DNA of 64,000 nt from Candidatus Cloacimonadales bacterium (GTDB lineage: Bacteria; Cloacimonadota; Cloacimonadia; Cloacimonadales; JAFGVF01): the NCBI GenBank assembly GCA_963663475.2, contig CAXXJV010000001.1:2656001-2720000 (forward strand), in the 5' to 3' direction. The translations under genes and the position numbers were made by a program. Under the pieces are notes generated by a model. That model was given only the letters and a program-made list of their open reading frames with translations. It searched no databases and had not been told where the DNA came from. Positions 1-10,249 of this stretch are shown piece by piece. Each line of letters opens with the position of its first letter. Within the stretch, counting starts at the first letter, position 1.

Positions 1-183
1 CATAGTATGACTCATACTATAATTGTTGGGATTCAACAGGGAGTAATTATTAGGATTCCATTTCCATGAACTAGGACTCCAATTATTAGCCATAAAGTTA
101 GTCCCATTATCCCCAAATTTAAGCTGTCCATTAACCATAGTTAGCATTAAAACTAAGGCTGTAATTAAGATAATTCTTTTCAT
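1..183 (-). CDS. Secreted hypothetical protein, N-terminal part (runs off window start)
   Basis: Manual translation from ATG at 183: MKRIILITALVLMLTMVNGQLKFG..., signal-peptide-like; AAGGAG RBS upstream. Confidence 0.7.
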   Translation of the reverse strand, partial: MKRIILITALVLMLTMVNGQLKFGDNGTNFMANNWSPSSWKWNPNNYSLLNPNNYSMSHTM

Positions 184-269
184 TTTAATCTCCTTAAAGA
201 TTTCTTCAGTAATGTTTCTCACTCTCTAAAACAAATTTAATCAGATTTAATTTTATGTCAAATTTTATT

Positions 270-1703
270 CTACCAGCCTGCTTTAGATACCTTCCATTTA
301 CCCTTTGAATATAAAAATAATGCTATTAGAACACCAGCACTATTGCTTACAACCATAGCCCACCAAAGTGCTTCATATTGGTAAGGAGCAAGAACTTTTC
401 CCAAAAATCTTACCTCTTCTTCAAAGATAGAAAACCAACCTAAATCTTTTCCAATAAAATATCCTGCAAATATATATGCCAAAGGAATTCTGAATAACCA
501 GAGTCTGCTTACATTAAAAGCCATTGTTGATTTTGAATGACCAGCACCATTGAATACACCCATAAAGACCATTAAAATGCCAAATATCCAGGTAGCATAA
601 GCAGTAATCTTAAACATCCTTTGCCCAACCTCTATAACACTTTGCTCATTAACAAAGAATTTAACTAATTCTCCTCCATAATTATAGATAAAAATACAGC
701 CTACTGTCATTATGGTCATTACTAAAAGCATAGCATAATGGACACTTTTCACTGCTCTTTCTTCTTCTTTAGCCCCTAAATTCTGACCTACAAAAGACGA
801 TAAAGCATTACTGATTCCCATTGCAGGTAACATGAAGATACCAACCATCCGATTACCAATGGAATTAGCAGAAATAACAGTTGTTCCAAATGAATTTACT
901 AGTCCTTGAACTAATAAAAAACCTAGAGAAGTTGTGGATTGTCCTATTGAAGCTGGCAGGCCTATTTGGAAGATATTCTGGAGAACACTTTTTTTAGGAA
1001 TCATGTTTTGTAAACTAGGAATCAAATCATGATATTTTTTAACAAAAATAAGTAAGGCTATCAGTGAAGCTAAAATACGACTAACAAGGGTAGCAATTGC
1101 TGCACCTTTTATCCCCATTTCAGGAAAAATTCCCACTCCAAAGATTAATAAAGGATCAAGAATTAAGTTAAAAATAACAGTTATCACCTGAACAATCATA
1201 GGAGTAACACTATCTCCAAAAGCAGTAGTTATACTTTGATAAACCATAAAAAACATCATGGCTATCATACCATATAAAATATAGGTTATATAGGTATGGG
1301 CATCATTAATAATCTCTGGAGGAGTTTGTAATAATCTTAGGAAAGTGGGTATCATAGTCTCAGTAATAATTATCAGGATTAGACCAAAAACAAGGAGGAT
1401 TGGTACAAACTGACCTATAGCAACCTTTATCTTTTTCGTATCATTCATACCTTTGAATTTTGAAACAATTGCAGTACCAGCTACTGTAAAACCAGCAGCA
1501 AAAGACATGATAAAGAAGCTTAAAGGGAAGGTCATGCCTGTCACAGCTACAGCTTCTTTAGCTCCACTTGCAATTTTACCTAGCCAATAGGTATCTACTA
1601 GATTGTAGAGAGTCCCCATAAAATTAGATAGCATAATTGGTAAAGACAAGAGAATTAGGTTTTGTAGTATATTACCCTCAACAAGATTTATGTTTTTTTT
1701 CAT
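270..1703 (-). CDS. MATE family efflux transporter
   Basis: 477 aa, many TM segments, YNLVDT..LG and NLILDPLLIFG..PEMGIKGAAIAT motifs. Confidence 0.93.
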   Translation of the reverse strand: MKKNINLVEGNILQNLILLSLPIMLSNFMGTLYNLVDTYWLGKIASGAKEAVAVTGMTFPLSFFIMSFAAGFTVAGTAIVSKFKGMNDTKKIKVAIGQFVPILLVFGLILIIITETMIPTFLRLLQTPPEIINDAHTYITYILYGMIAMMFFMVYQSITTAFGDSVTPMIVQVITVIFNLILDPLLIFGVGIFPEMGIKGAAIATLVSRILASLIALLIFVKKYHDLIPSLQNMIPKKSVLQNIFQIGLPASIGQSTTSLGFLLVQGLVNSFGTTVISANSIGNRMVGIFMLPAMGISNALSSFVGQNLGAKEEERAVKSVHYAMLLVMTIMTVGCIFIYNYGGELVKFFVNEQSVIEVGQRMFKITAYATWIFGILMVFMGVFNGAGHSKSTMAFNVSRLWLFRIPLAYIFAGYFIGKDLGWFSIFEEEVRFLGKVLAPYQYEALWWAMVVSNSAGVLIALFLYSKGKWKVSKAGW

Positions 1704-1816
1704 AGTATTTCCTTTACTTCCATTTTTTTAAACCGAGGTTATAGTGTCAATAAAATTATTGACATCTTTCCTATAAACTCTCTTATGGAGACATAAATTC
1801 AAAAAAGGAAAAATAG

Positions 1817-2377
1817 ATGAATATAAAAAAGCTTTTCTTAATAATTTCTCTAACAATTCTCTTTTCTTCTTTATCAGCTTTCGAGTTCGGTAAAGATATA
1901 AGTCTCTTCTTACAAGAACAAGGTATTCCCAAACAATTAATCATAATTTTGATATCAATGTTGCCTATTGTTGAGTTAAGAGGAGCAATTCCTATTGCCA
2001 TAGGTTTATTAGGGATGACTTGGTGGGAAGCCATAAGTCTTGCTATCATTGGAAATATGATACCTATTCCCTTTGTTTTACTTTTTATGGAAAAAATCAC
2101 CCTTATCTTGAATAAATGGTCTTTTACTAGAAAACTTTTAGCTAAGATTTTTGCCAGAACTCGTAGTAAAAGTAAAGTTATTGAAAAATATGAGGAAATT
2201 GGTTTAACTCTCTTTGTTGCAATCCCCCTTCCAATTACTGGGGCTTGGACAGGTTCACTGGCAGCTTATCTCTTAGGATTAAAATTCTGGAAATCTATCT
2301 TGTGTGCCTTAGCTGGAGTCAGCATTGCTGGTGTGATTATGACTTTATTATCACTTGGACTTTTTTCTTTCCTATAA
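1817..2377 (+). CDS. Small multidrug export family (COG2426) membrane protein
   Basis: MLPIVELRGAIP and LFVAIPLPITGAWTG motifs. Confidence 0.88.
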   Translation: MNIKKLFLIISLTILFSSLSAFEFGKDISLFLQEQGIPKQLIIILISMLPIVELRGAIPIAIGLLGMTWWEAISLAIIGNMIPIPFVLLFMEKITLILNKWSFTRKLLAKIFARTRSKSKVIEKYEEIGLTLFVAIPLPITGAWTGSLAAYLLGLKFWKSILCALAGVSIAGVIMTLLSLGLFSFL

Positions 2378-2380
2378 TCT

Positions 2381-2590
2381 AAGGCGGGGAGAGTAAACAA
2401 TCCCCTTTCAGCTCGTAAGAGCGGTATGAGAGGGGTGCCGTTAGGCGGGGAGAATAAACAATCCCCTTCAGCTCGTAAGAGCGTTATGAGAGGGGTGCCG
2501 TTAGGCGGGGAGAGTAAACAATCCCCTTTCAGCTCGTAAGAGCGGTATGAGAGGGGTGCCGTTAGGCGGGGAGAGTAAACATTCCCCTTT
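2381..2590. repeat. Tandem REP-like palindromic repeat, about 3.5 x 60 bp (TCCCCTTTCAGCTCGTAAGAGCGGTATGAGAGGGGTGCCGTTAGGCGGGGAGAG)
   Basis: Near-identical units with no unique spacers; further copies at 4733-4807, 7751-7800 and inverted at 16631-16715. Confidence 0.9.
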
Positions 2591-2736
2591 GATTCTTTAC
2601 ACGAATTAACACGAATTAGAACGAATTTCACGAATAAGAAAAGCTCTTTAACACGGAGTTCATAGAGGTAAAGAGGAGTTTCACAGAGTTTTTTTTTTTG
2701 CATAAATCTACCTTGCTAAAAGCCTGCCCATCTTTG

Positions 2737-4656
2737 ATAGGGGTAGGGGAGCTACCATTACTGACTCCCCTCCCTCCGAACCGTACGTGCGGTTCTCCCG
2801 CATACGGCTCTCCAGATAATAATTTACTCTCTGTGTAGAGATTGACATAATTGACGATGGGTTTCGGTTAATGAGAGAAGCCCAGCGTCTTCAAAGATTT
2901 TGTTTGGATATCTGAAATTATCTCTATATGTTGTTGCAATTCCTTTTCGTTTTTCAAACTTCTTTAGTATACTTCTTAGTCTTCGTCTTATCCATCCGTC
3001 CATATCTGGAAAAGTTGTTTTGTAGCAGTGTTTGTAATATTCAAACCAGCCTCGTATAATCGGATTTATCCTCTTGATTATTTCTTTTAAACTTTTCCCA
3101 TTTGTTCTTCTGGTATGTTTCCTAATACTATCCCTGAATTTCTTTTCACTCTTACGTTTAGGAAACTTTCAGAAAATCTTTGTCTTCTCGTAGTTCTTAG
3201 ATTTAACAAATCTATATCCCAAAAATCCTATCTCATCTTGCATACTATCAAGTATTTTAGTTTTGGTAGGATGGAGAATTAACTCAGCTTTTTCTGTCCA
3301 TTCCTTTACTGTTTCAAGTGCTTCTTCTGATTCTTTCTGGCTTCTACACATAATTATAAAGTCATCTGCATATCTTACCATTTGATAGTTTTTACTACTT
3401 ATTAACCAGTCAAACTTATTTAGATAGATATTTGCTAATAATGGACTTAATACTGCACCTTGTGGTGTTCCTTTTTCGGGAATCCATGTATCTAGCCCAT
3501 TAAATATACTTTGATTCAGAAATTTCTGAATTAGTTCTAGTACACGACTATCAGATATCTCTTCTTTTACTAAATCCATTAACTTTGATTTAGGTATTGT
3601 ATCAAAATATCCTTTTAAGTCTGCATCAACTACATATCGATAGCCTCTTTTAAGGTTATTATACACTATTCTGAGTGCATCTTTACAACTTCTTTTAGGT
3701 CTAAAACCAAAGCTATTTTCTGAAAATTTGATTTCAAATATTGGCTCGATTACATTCCTTATTGCTGTTTGAACTATTCTGTCTTCAACTGTTGGAATGC
3801 CTAAAGGTCGCTTTTCCTTACTTCCAGGTTTATCTATCATTACCCTTTTAATTGCATTTGGCTCGTATTCCTGCATTTCTAATCGCTTAGCTAATCTTTG
3901 CAACCTTTGTTCTACATGTTTCTCATAATGAGAGATACTCATATTATCAACGCCTGCACTTCCTTTATTAGCTTTTACTCTTTTCCATGCTGATAATAGA
4001 TTGTCTTTTGAATATACTTTATCTATTAAGCTAAACCATTTGCCTCCTTTGACTCCCCTTTGGAGAGCTGTCAACATTTTGTCTGTCCAGACAGACGATT
4101 CAGTCCATTTCCACTCTAATCTTATGAGAGAATTTTCTTCTTGTCCTTGTCTAGTCTTTTGTGACACTAACGAACATTTGTCTTTCATCTGTTTTTCCTT
4201 TTAAAATTTTATTATCCTGCTCCCCTTCGCTACTTTCAGGTTATGTTGTCCTGAATATCAACACTACTATGAGAGCTCTGACTCCTGAATACATCTCTAC
4301 CTATATTCAGGTCTCATAGCTTACCGATAACGACCTTCTTACCATTCCATCTCCAACCACATCTAACGTCCTGATATAGCTTACCGTTCAAACATCATAC
4401 AGCTTATCAGGTGTATGGCAAGCGGTGTAGGTTCTCACACCTTCCTGCAATACCATCATCAGTTTTCACCTTGCAATCGGAGGCTCAACACTATTAGCTG
4501 CCGAATCGAGTTCACTTATGTTACGGACTGGTATTTCACTTCCAGTTACTCCCCACCCAACCTCACGGTTACGCAGTTACTTTCAGTTACAGAACTTTTG
4601 ATGTAAGTTCTGAGTAGGACTTTCACCTACCTGATAGTTATCTATCACTATCGTAC
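2737..4656 (-). mobile_element. Group II intron (ribozyme plus RT/maturase ORF)
   Basis: 5' end GUACG at 4656; domain V GAGCCGUAUGCGGGAGAACCGCACGUACGGUUC (2810-2778); DVI ending CCCCUAU at 2737; candidate EBS1 GGUCGU (4335-4330) pairs with 5' exon GCGACC; an empty-site homolog at 15017-15047 supports the boundaries. Confidence 0.9.
2824..4188 (-). pseudogene. ltrA: Group II intron reverse transcriptase/maturase interrupted by an in-frame TGA at 3169-3171
   Basis: RPLGIP, GTPQGAVLSPLLANIYL and YADD motifs; same frame continues after the stop with a domain X-like sequence (INPIIRGWFEYY...DGWIRRRLR) to TAA at 2824; no endonuclease domain. Confidence 0.85.
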
Positions 4657-5108
4657 GGTCGCGGGATTCTAGCCCGCGGTTATGCAGATTACAAGTGGTT
4701 ACGGGAATGGGTCGCGGGATTGTTGTCTCTTAATTCCCCTTTCAGCTCGTAAGAGCGGTATGAGAGGGGTGCCGTAAGGCGGGGAGAGTAACATTCCCCT
4801 TTCAGCTAAAAGTGAAAAATGAAAGAGCTTTTACTCAAAGAGAGAGACATTAATATCGGTGTTTTCAGTGTTTTCGGAGGCAATTTTCTTCCTTCTTCCT
4901 TCCTTTTTCTTAAAAACTCTGTGTTAAGGATTTTAAGATATTGATTATTAGTGTTAATTTGTGTTTATTAGGCTCAAGTTCAAGTCTGGTGTGGGAATAA
5001 TACAATAGGAAAATGAGAATATTTCATTAGAATATTGATGTCAATAGCAGTTTAAATTGGTACAGTTTTGGCAGTTTAAAATGGTACACTATTGTAAATC
5101 ATATTTCC

Positions 5109-5837
5109 TTATAGTTTTCCTTTCATTCTATAACTATTTCCATCTATTAGAACTGTTTCTGCATGATGAACTAATCTATCTACTATAGCAGTAGTTATTA
5201 CATTATCTCCAAAGGATTCTCCCCACTCTTGGAATAGCCTATTAGAGGTAATGATAATAGATCTATATTCATATAACTCATTTATTAGCTTAAAAAATAA
5301 ACTCGCATTTACTGCCTTAATAGGAAGATAGCCTATCTCATCAATAATAATAAGATCATTTTTTACTAACTTTGAAATCCATTTTTTGAAGTTATTTTCT
5401 ACATTAGCAATAATCATTTCATCAATTAGGTCATTCATATTGTAAAAAATAACTTTATATCCTTTTAAGATAGCTTCATATCCTAAAGCTATAGATATAT
5501 GAGTTTTACCTACACCAGGAGGACCCATTAATATTTTGTTTTCTCTGTTATCTATCCAAGTAAAGTCCTTCCACTCAGTAATCATTCTTTTAGTTATTGA
5601 ATGCTGATATTTAAAATCAAAATCATCAAAACTTTTCAAAAGAGGAAATTTTGACCTTCTAATCTGTAAATTTATCATCGTTTGATTTCTACTATTGCAT
5701 TCATTATCAATTACATATGAAAGAAAATTCATATAAGATAACTGATTATCTTGTGCATATTTAAGATATGATTCTAAATTATTAATAGTATGCCTGCATC
5801 TTAGTCTAAATAGATTTTTCTTTAATGTTTCGATCAT
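5109..5837 (-). CDS. istB: IS21 helper ATPase IstB
   Basis: GPPGVGKT Walker A, LIIIDEIGY Walker B, TAIVDRLVHH, GNSYRMK. Confidence 0.95.
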   Translation of the reverse strand: MIETLKKNLFRLRCRHTINNLESYLKYAQDNQLSYMNFLSYVIDNECNSRNQTMINLQIRRSKFPLLKSFDDFDFKYQHSITKRMITEWKDFTWIDNRENKILMGPPGVGKTHISIALGYEAILKGYKVIFYNMNDLIDEMIIANVENNFKKWISKLVKNDLIIIDEIGYLPIKAVNASLFFKLINELYEYRSIIITSNRLFQEWGESFGDNVITTAIVDRLVHHAETVLIDGNSYRMKGKL

Positions 5838-7318
5838 TTTTTTACCACCTTATTATAAATTGATAAATCTCTCTGTATAACTGATTTTTTTGTTTCTATT
5901 ATCCCATTGACTTGATTTTGATAGTTAGCAGATAACTTATTGCCTTTTATCTCTTCTTTGACTATAGACTCTATCTTTGTTGCTTTTATATCTTCTAATT
6001 CTAGTGCTTTAGAAATTATGTTTGACCAATTTAAGTATTTATTTTTATTATACATTTTTAAAAATGCTAATAGTTGCTCTCTGGGATTTCTGTGATTATG
6101 TGCTATGAGTAAATTTAATAAAAGGATTATCTTGTCATTATTGGGGAATAGTGAGCAAATATCTTCCTTTATATTATTAATTGTTTTCGAGTAGTCTATG
6201 TAATGACATTGAGATATGATAGGTTTTGTTCTTTCTCTGGAAATCCTATGAGATGCAACTTTTTTTCTACTATTCCTATCTATTATTTCTAAAGTGTCTT
6301 CATTTTCTTTAACTATAACTATCTTTTGTTGATAGATATAAGGAACTGAATATTTGTTACCATTCCATGAGATAAGACCTGTTTTATCTACTTTTCGTGT
6401 CTCTGCAATATTCAGGTTATATCTTCTTAATAGTTTTTCTTCTTCTTTAAACATTACTATAGGTCTTTCTCTAAGCGTACTGTGGATACGATTATTTACT
6501 TCTTCTAACCAGCTTTTTGATTTCAACTTAACTTCAGATAAACTAGTAAATACTTCACCATCAAGAAAATCATACTTAACTTCTTGAACTTGTCTTTCTA
6601 CCAACCCTTTACTTTCAGGATCATAACCTTCACAAACATAAGGACTTATTGTTAGATTATTCATAAATTGAAAAAACTTATTATTATAAGTTACTTCTCG
6701 ATAAATCTCCTTTATAACGACTAGTTTTGTTTGATCATAAACCATTGTCTCTGGGATATATCCAAAATATTCAAAGCAATCTTTATGGGCTTGGATGAAG
6801 TCTTGAGTCTTATAAGGTCTTGTTTGAAAATGTACATATTTCATTCGTGAATAGCAATAGCTAAACACACAAAAGTATATTTTTAACTTGCTCTTATCAG
6901 ATAAATAGATATTATACTCTCCGGGATCAACCTGCATCTGATTTCCTGGTTCATAATTGACAACTCGATAATAACGCTTAGTTGGTTGTATTAAATTATT
7001 TTTTATTTTTTTTGAAAAATTAAAAAAAGCTCTTTGTTTTACAGGTAATTTTCCATGCTGTTTGGATAATTTACGATATAATTTACTTAATCGCATATTA
7101 GGAAATTTTGTTAAATGTTTGCTAATTTCTTCCCTGTAAATTTCGAGCTTACTTGTTCGATTGACTTTCATTAAAGTTTTTTCTACGGTTTCAATGTCTT
7201 TTTGTAAGTAACCCATAACTGTTGTTTTAGAGATACTTAACTGTTCTGCTATTTCTCTTATACTCTTGCCATTTTCTCTTAATACTCTTATTGCGTGATA
7301 CACTTGGACTCCTTTCAT
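5834..7318 (-). CDS. istA: IS21 transposase IstA
   Basis: N-terminal HTH, PGNQMQVD, YDQ and ESKGLVER DDE motifs; overlaps istB by 4 nt. Confidence 0.95.
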   Translation of the reverse strand: MKGVQVYHAIRVLRENGKSIREIAEQLSISKTTVMGYLQKDIETVEKTLMKVNRTSKLEIYREEISKHLTKFPNMRLSKLYRKLSKQHGKLPVKQRAFFNFSKKIKNNLIQPTKRYYRVVNYEPGNQMQVDPGEYNIYLSDKSKLKIYFCVFSYCYSRMKYVHFQTRPYKTQDFIQAHKDCFEYFGYIPETMVYDQTKLVVIKEIYREVTYNNKFFQFMNNLTISPYVCEGYDPESKGLVERQVQEVKYDFLDGEVFTSLSEVKLKSKSWLEEVNNRIHSTLRERPIVMFKEEEKLLRRYNLNIAETRKVDKTGLISWNGNKYSVPYIYQQKIVIVKENEDTLEIIDRNSRKKVASHRISRERTKPIISQCHYIDYSKTINNIKEDICSLFPNNDKIILLLNLLIAHNHRNPREQLLAFLKMYNKNKYLNWSNIISKALELEDIKATKIESIVKEEIKGNKLSANYQNQVNGIIETKKSVIQRDLSIYNKVVKK

Positions 7319-7421
7319 ATTGTCTCCTAGATTTCTCTATTTTTTTATCTAGGAAACTGTACCAGATTAAACTGCCATTTGTGTACCAATTTAAAATGCC
7401 ATCTACAATTGATTCATCAAA

Positions 7422-7693
7422 AATCCCTGAAAGGGATAAAATAATTTAGCCCAGGGTAAGATGCTGAAAGTATCGCAACCCTGGGTAAAGATGGCTAGCC
7501 CAAAGATATTACCCTGTAAGGGTTTAATAAAATGATAAATAATGCATTATTTGGGATTATAATAAGTCTATGGTATATATGATGTTATTTAACCCTTTCA
7601 GGGTTAGGCTTTGTTTTTCATCACCAGTACCCAGGGTTGCATTCCCTTCAGGAATTTACCCTGGGCTAAACTATTTATCCCCTTTTGGGGATT
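7422..7693. repeat. Non-coding element with ~110-bp imperfect terminal inverted arms built from CCCTGAAAGGG / CCCAGGGT...ACCCTGGG palindromes
   Basis: 7422-7530 is an approximate reverse complement of 7585-7693. Confidence 0.75.
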
Positions 7694-7804
7694 CAAGACT
7701 TATCCCCTCAGGATACATAAAAAAGGTGTCCACTATATTGGTACTTGACATTCAGCTCGTAAGAGCGGTATAAGAGGGGTGCCGTTAGGCGGGGAGAGTA
7801 AGAA

Positions 7805-9091
7805 CTAAATTATATCATACTTCTTCAAGCTTGTGTATAATTCTTTAGAAATTTCTGACACAATATAAACTATTGGTACTGATAGAATCATACCTAAGAC
7901 ACCGAATAAATATCCTCCTGCCACAACAGTCAAGAAAACATAAAGAGGGTGAATATTAGTACTTTTACCTATCACAATAGGGTAAACAATATTGTTATCA
8001 AGAACTTGTACTCCCCACATACTAAAGATAACATAGAGAATCATAGATAAGTCTTGTCCAGTTAATACAATTGAGCTAATCGCAAAAACCACTCCGAAGA
8101 AAGGTCCAAAATAAGGAACCATATTAGCAAAACCAGCTAAAAGTCCAATTAAAATAGCGTAATTAACCCCGATTATAGAAAGCACTAGAGCAGTTAAAAC
8201 ACCAACAATTATGATTTCTATTACTAGGGCTCGGAGAAAACTTGAAACTAGTTCACTAATCTTATGGGTTATGGTAATATATAACTCGAAAAATTTATTA
8301 GGAATAAAGGAATTGAACATTTTAGAAAAGAGATTTTTATCTTTAAGAATAAAGAAACTTATAAAAGGTATCATGAAAACAAAGGCAAAAGTTGAAACAA
8401 TTTTATTAACATTTGATATTAATATTCCAGGAACTTCAATTATCTGATCTTTCAATCCTTGCGTCATATTCTTAAATTCATCAGTAATATCAATGAAGGT
8501 AATTTTATCATCTATATAATTTACATACTCTGTAATCTGAGCTAAAATAGGTATTTCCATAAACTTCTTCAATGATTCTTGCGACAAGGAATCTACCATT
8601 GTTGGCGGATTAGTAATATTTACTTGTGCTTGCTGATTATTAGCAGTATCCAGTGAATCATTTACCAAACGTCCATCATCATCAATCACAAATTTATCAG
8701 TCTCTTTATTGTAATTAAGATGAATATGAATTTCCTTCTTTGCCTCTTCCCCTTGCCCAACTGTTTGTTTTTGCTTGTTGCCCATGGCTTTCTGAACCAT
8801 CTCAGATTTGTTTAAGTAAGAAAAGATACTTTCCCCTTGAGAAATGACCTTAGGTACAACAAAAATCATTGTAATAACTAAACTTAGGCCAATTAGTAGA
8901 TAGATGGCTATGATAGAAAGAGTTCTACTAACCCCATAAGATTGAATGTAAGAAACAGCTGGATTGAGAATAAATGCAAAGATTATTCCTGCTATAACAC
9001 TTGATAAGATGTTCCAGTAGAAGACTGCTGCCACACCTAAGATAAGAAATAAAAAGATATTAAAGACAAGTCTGTTACTTCGTTTCTGCAT
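7805..9091 (-). CDS. AI-2E (PerM) family transporter
   Basis: Membrane protein with AFILNP, VPYFGP and IHPLYV motifs; start placed at ATG 9091 with GAGGA RBS. Confidence 0.88.
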   Translation of the reverse strand: MQKRSNRLVFNIFLFLILGVAAVFYWNILSSVIAGIIFAFILNPAVSYIQSYGVSRTLSIIAIYLLIGLSLVITMIFVVPKVISQGESIFSYLNKSEMVQKAMGNKQKQTVGQGEEAKKEIHIHLNYNKETDKFVIDDDGRLVNDSLDTANNQQAQVNITNPPTMVDSLSQESLKKFMEIPILAQITEYVNYIDDKITFIDITDEFKNMTQGLKDQIIEVPGILISNVNKIVSTFAFVFMIPFISFFILKDKNLFSKMFNSFIPNKFFELYITITHKISELVSSFLRALVIEIIIVGVLTALVLSIIGVNYAILIGLLAGFANMVPYFGPFFGVVFAISSIVLTGQDLSMILYVIFSMWGVQVLDNNIVYPIVIGKSTNIHPLYVFLTVVAGGYLFGVLGMILSVPIVYIVSEISKELYTSLKKYDII

Positions 9092-9611
9092 CTTTTTTAT
9101 CCTCAATAATCTTGGTGTAGAGGGAGTTTGCATAGCGTTCACTAAAGGCATAGAGAATCTTCGAACCAACTCGAGGATTGTTCTTTATCATATTTCTAAA
9201 ATCATATTTTGACATTGCTAGCATCTTACATTTTGTCTTTGCTACTGCTGTTGAAACACGTGTAGAACCTGTAAAGATCTCAATTGAACCTACTAGTCCA
9301 CCCTTGCCAATTGTCATATCTGGCTTATCAGCATCATCTGAATCATATAAATCAACCTCACCCTCTAATATAAAATACATAACTATATTTGGATGACCAA
9401 TTTGATAGATAACCTCACCAGGTTTAAATGTTCTTTCATAAATGATGTTATTTATTGTTTTGATTTGTGACTTACCTAAAGATTCAAAGACACTGAAATA
9501 TTGTAGTTGCTTTTCACTATCAGTAAGATTAATTAAAGCATCCCTTTTCTTCTTGAACCATTTCCAACACATGACAAAAAATTCAATGACTATTTCTAGC
9601 TTTCTTCCCAT
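9075..9611 (-). CDS. Cyclic-nucleotide-binding domain protein
   Basis: F..GEVIY..G....MYFILEGEV and G.IE.F....R.STAVA cNMP-domain pattern; no HTH. Confidence 0.82.
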   Translation of the reverse strand: MGRKLEIVIEFFVMCWKWFKKKRDALINLTDSEKQLQYFSVFESLGKSQIKTINNIIYERTFKPGEVIYQIGHPNIVMYFILEGEVDLYDSDDADKPDMTIGKGGLVGSIEIFTGSTRVSTAVAKTKCKMLAMSKYDFRNMIKNNPRVGSKILYAFSERYANSLYTKIIEDKKDAETK

Positions 9612-10249
9612 CCTGATTCTCCCACTAATGGAACAAAACTGCAGGCTACACTCTCTTCTTCAACAAAGCCTGTTTCAGTTCTGCAAATTGTTATAAGTCT
9701 TTGTAAATCTAATCCACCCACTGGTATCACTAATTTCCCACCTATTTTTAACTGATTCTTCAAAGCATCTGCTACTTTAGGTGCTCCAGCACAGACAATT
9801 ATCTTATCAAACTCTTTGTGAGGAGGATAGCTGTTTACCCAGCCTTTTGTTCCATCTCCAACTTTATAATAAATATTCTTGAAGTTATATAAAGCAAGAG
9901 TATCTTTAGCCTTCTGTGAAAGATTCTTGAATCTCTCTACTGTACATACACAAGATACTAAACTAGCTAAAAGAGCTGTTTGATAACCAGAACCTGTTCC
10001 TATCTCCAAAACAATATCATCAGGTGATAATTCTAATTCCTGCATCATATAAGCAATAATATAAGGCTGTGATATTGTTTGCTGGTCTTCTATAGGTAGA
10101 GCCTGATTCCTATAAGCAAATTCTCTGAAATGCTCTAAAACAAAGTCTTCCCGCTTAATCAACCTAAAAGCTGAAATTACTAAGTCATCATCAATGCCCA
10201 TCTTCTCTAACTCACTAATTAGAGCTTCTCTTTGATCCTCAAATCTCAT
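9596..10249 (-). CDS. pcm: Protein-L-isoaspartate O-methyltransferase
   Basis: QTISQPY, VLEIGTGSGYQTA, FVPLVG. Confidence 0.95.
   Translation of the reverse strand: MRFEDQREALISELEKMGIDDDLVISAFRLIKREDFVLEHFREFAYRNQALPIEDQQTISQPYIIAYMMQELELSPDDIVLEIGTGSGYQTALLASLVSCVCTVERFKNLSQKAKDTLALYNFKNIYYKVGDGTKGWVNSYPPHKEFDKIIVCAGAPKVADALKNQLKIGGKLVIPVGGLDLQRLITICRTETGFVEEESVACSFVPLVGESGWEES

Larger units (their letters stand above)
5039..7407 (-). mobile_element. IS21-family insertion sequence
   Basis: TG...CA termini with repeated GCAGTTTAAATTGGTACA-type subterminal motifs, ATTGA target duplication (5034-5038, 7408-7412), istA-istB pair. Confidence 0.95.

Noticed and set aside
2381-2590. Possible CRISPR array
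   Set aside because: Whole ~60-bp units are near-identical with no unique spacers, copies are dispersed elsewhere, and there are no cas genes
2266-2703. 145-aa ORF
   Set aside because: Translation of REP repeats antisense to a real gene
3169-3171. TGA reassignment (alternative genetic code)
   Set aside because: Host genes such as mutL and surE terminate normally at TGA
3169-4188. RT as a DGR or retron serving the prophage
   Set aside because: It is embedded in a group II intron with domain V/VI; I saw no TR/VR pair or avd gene
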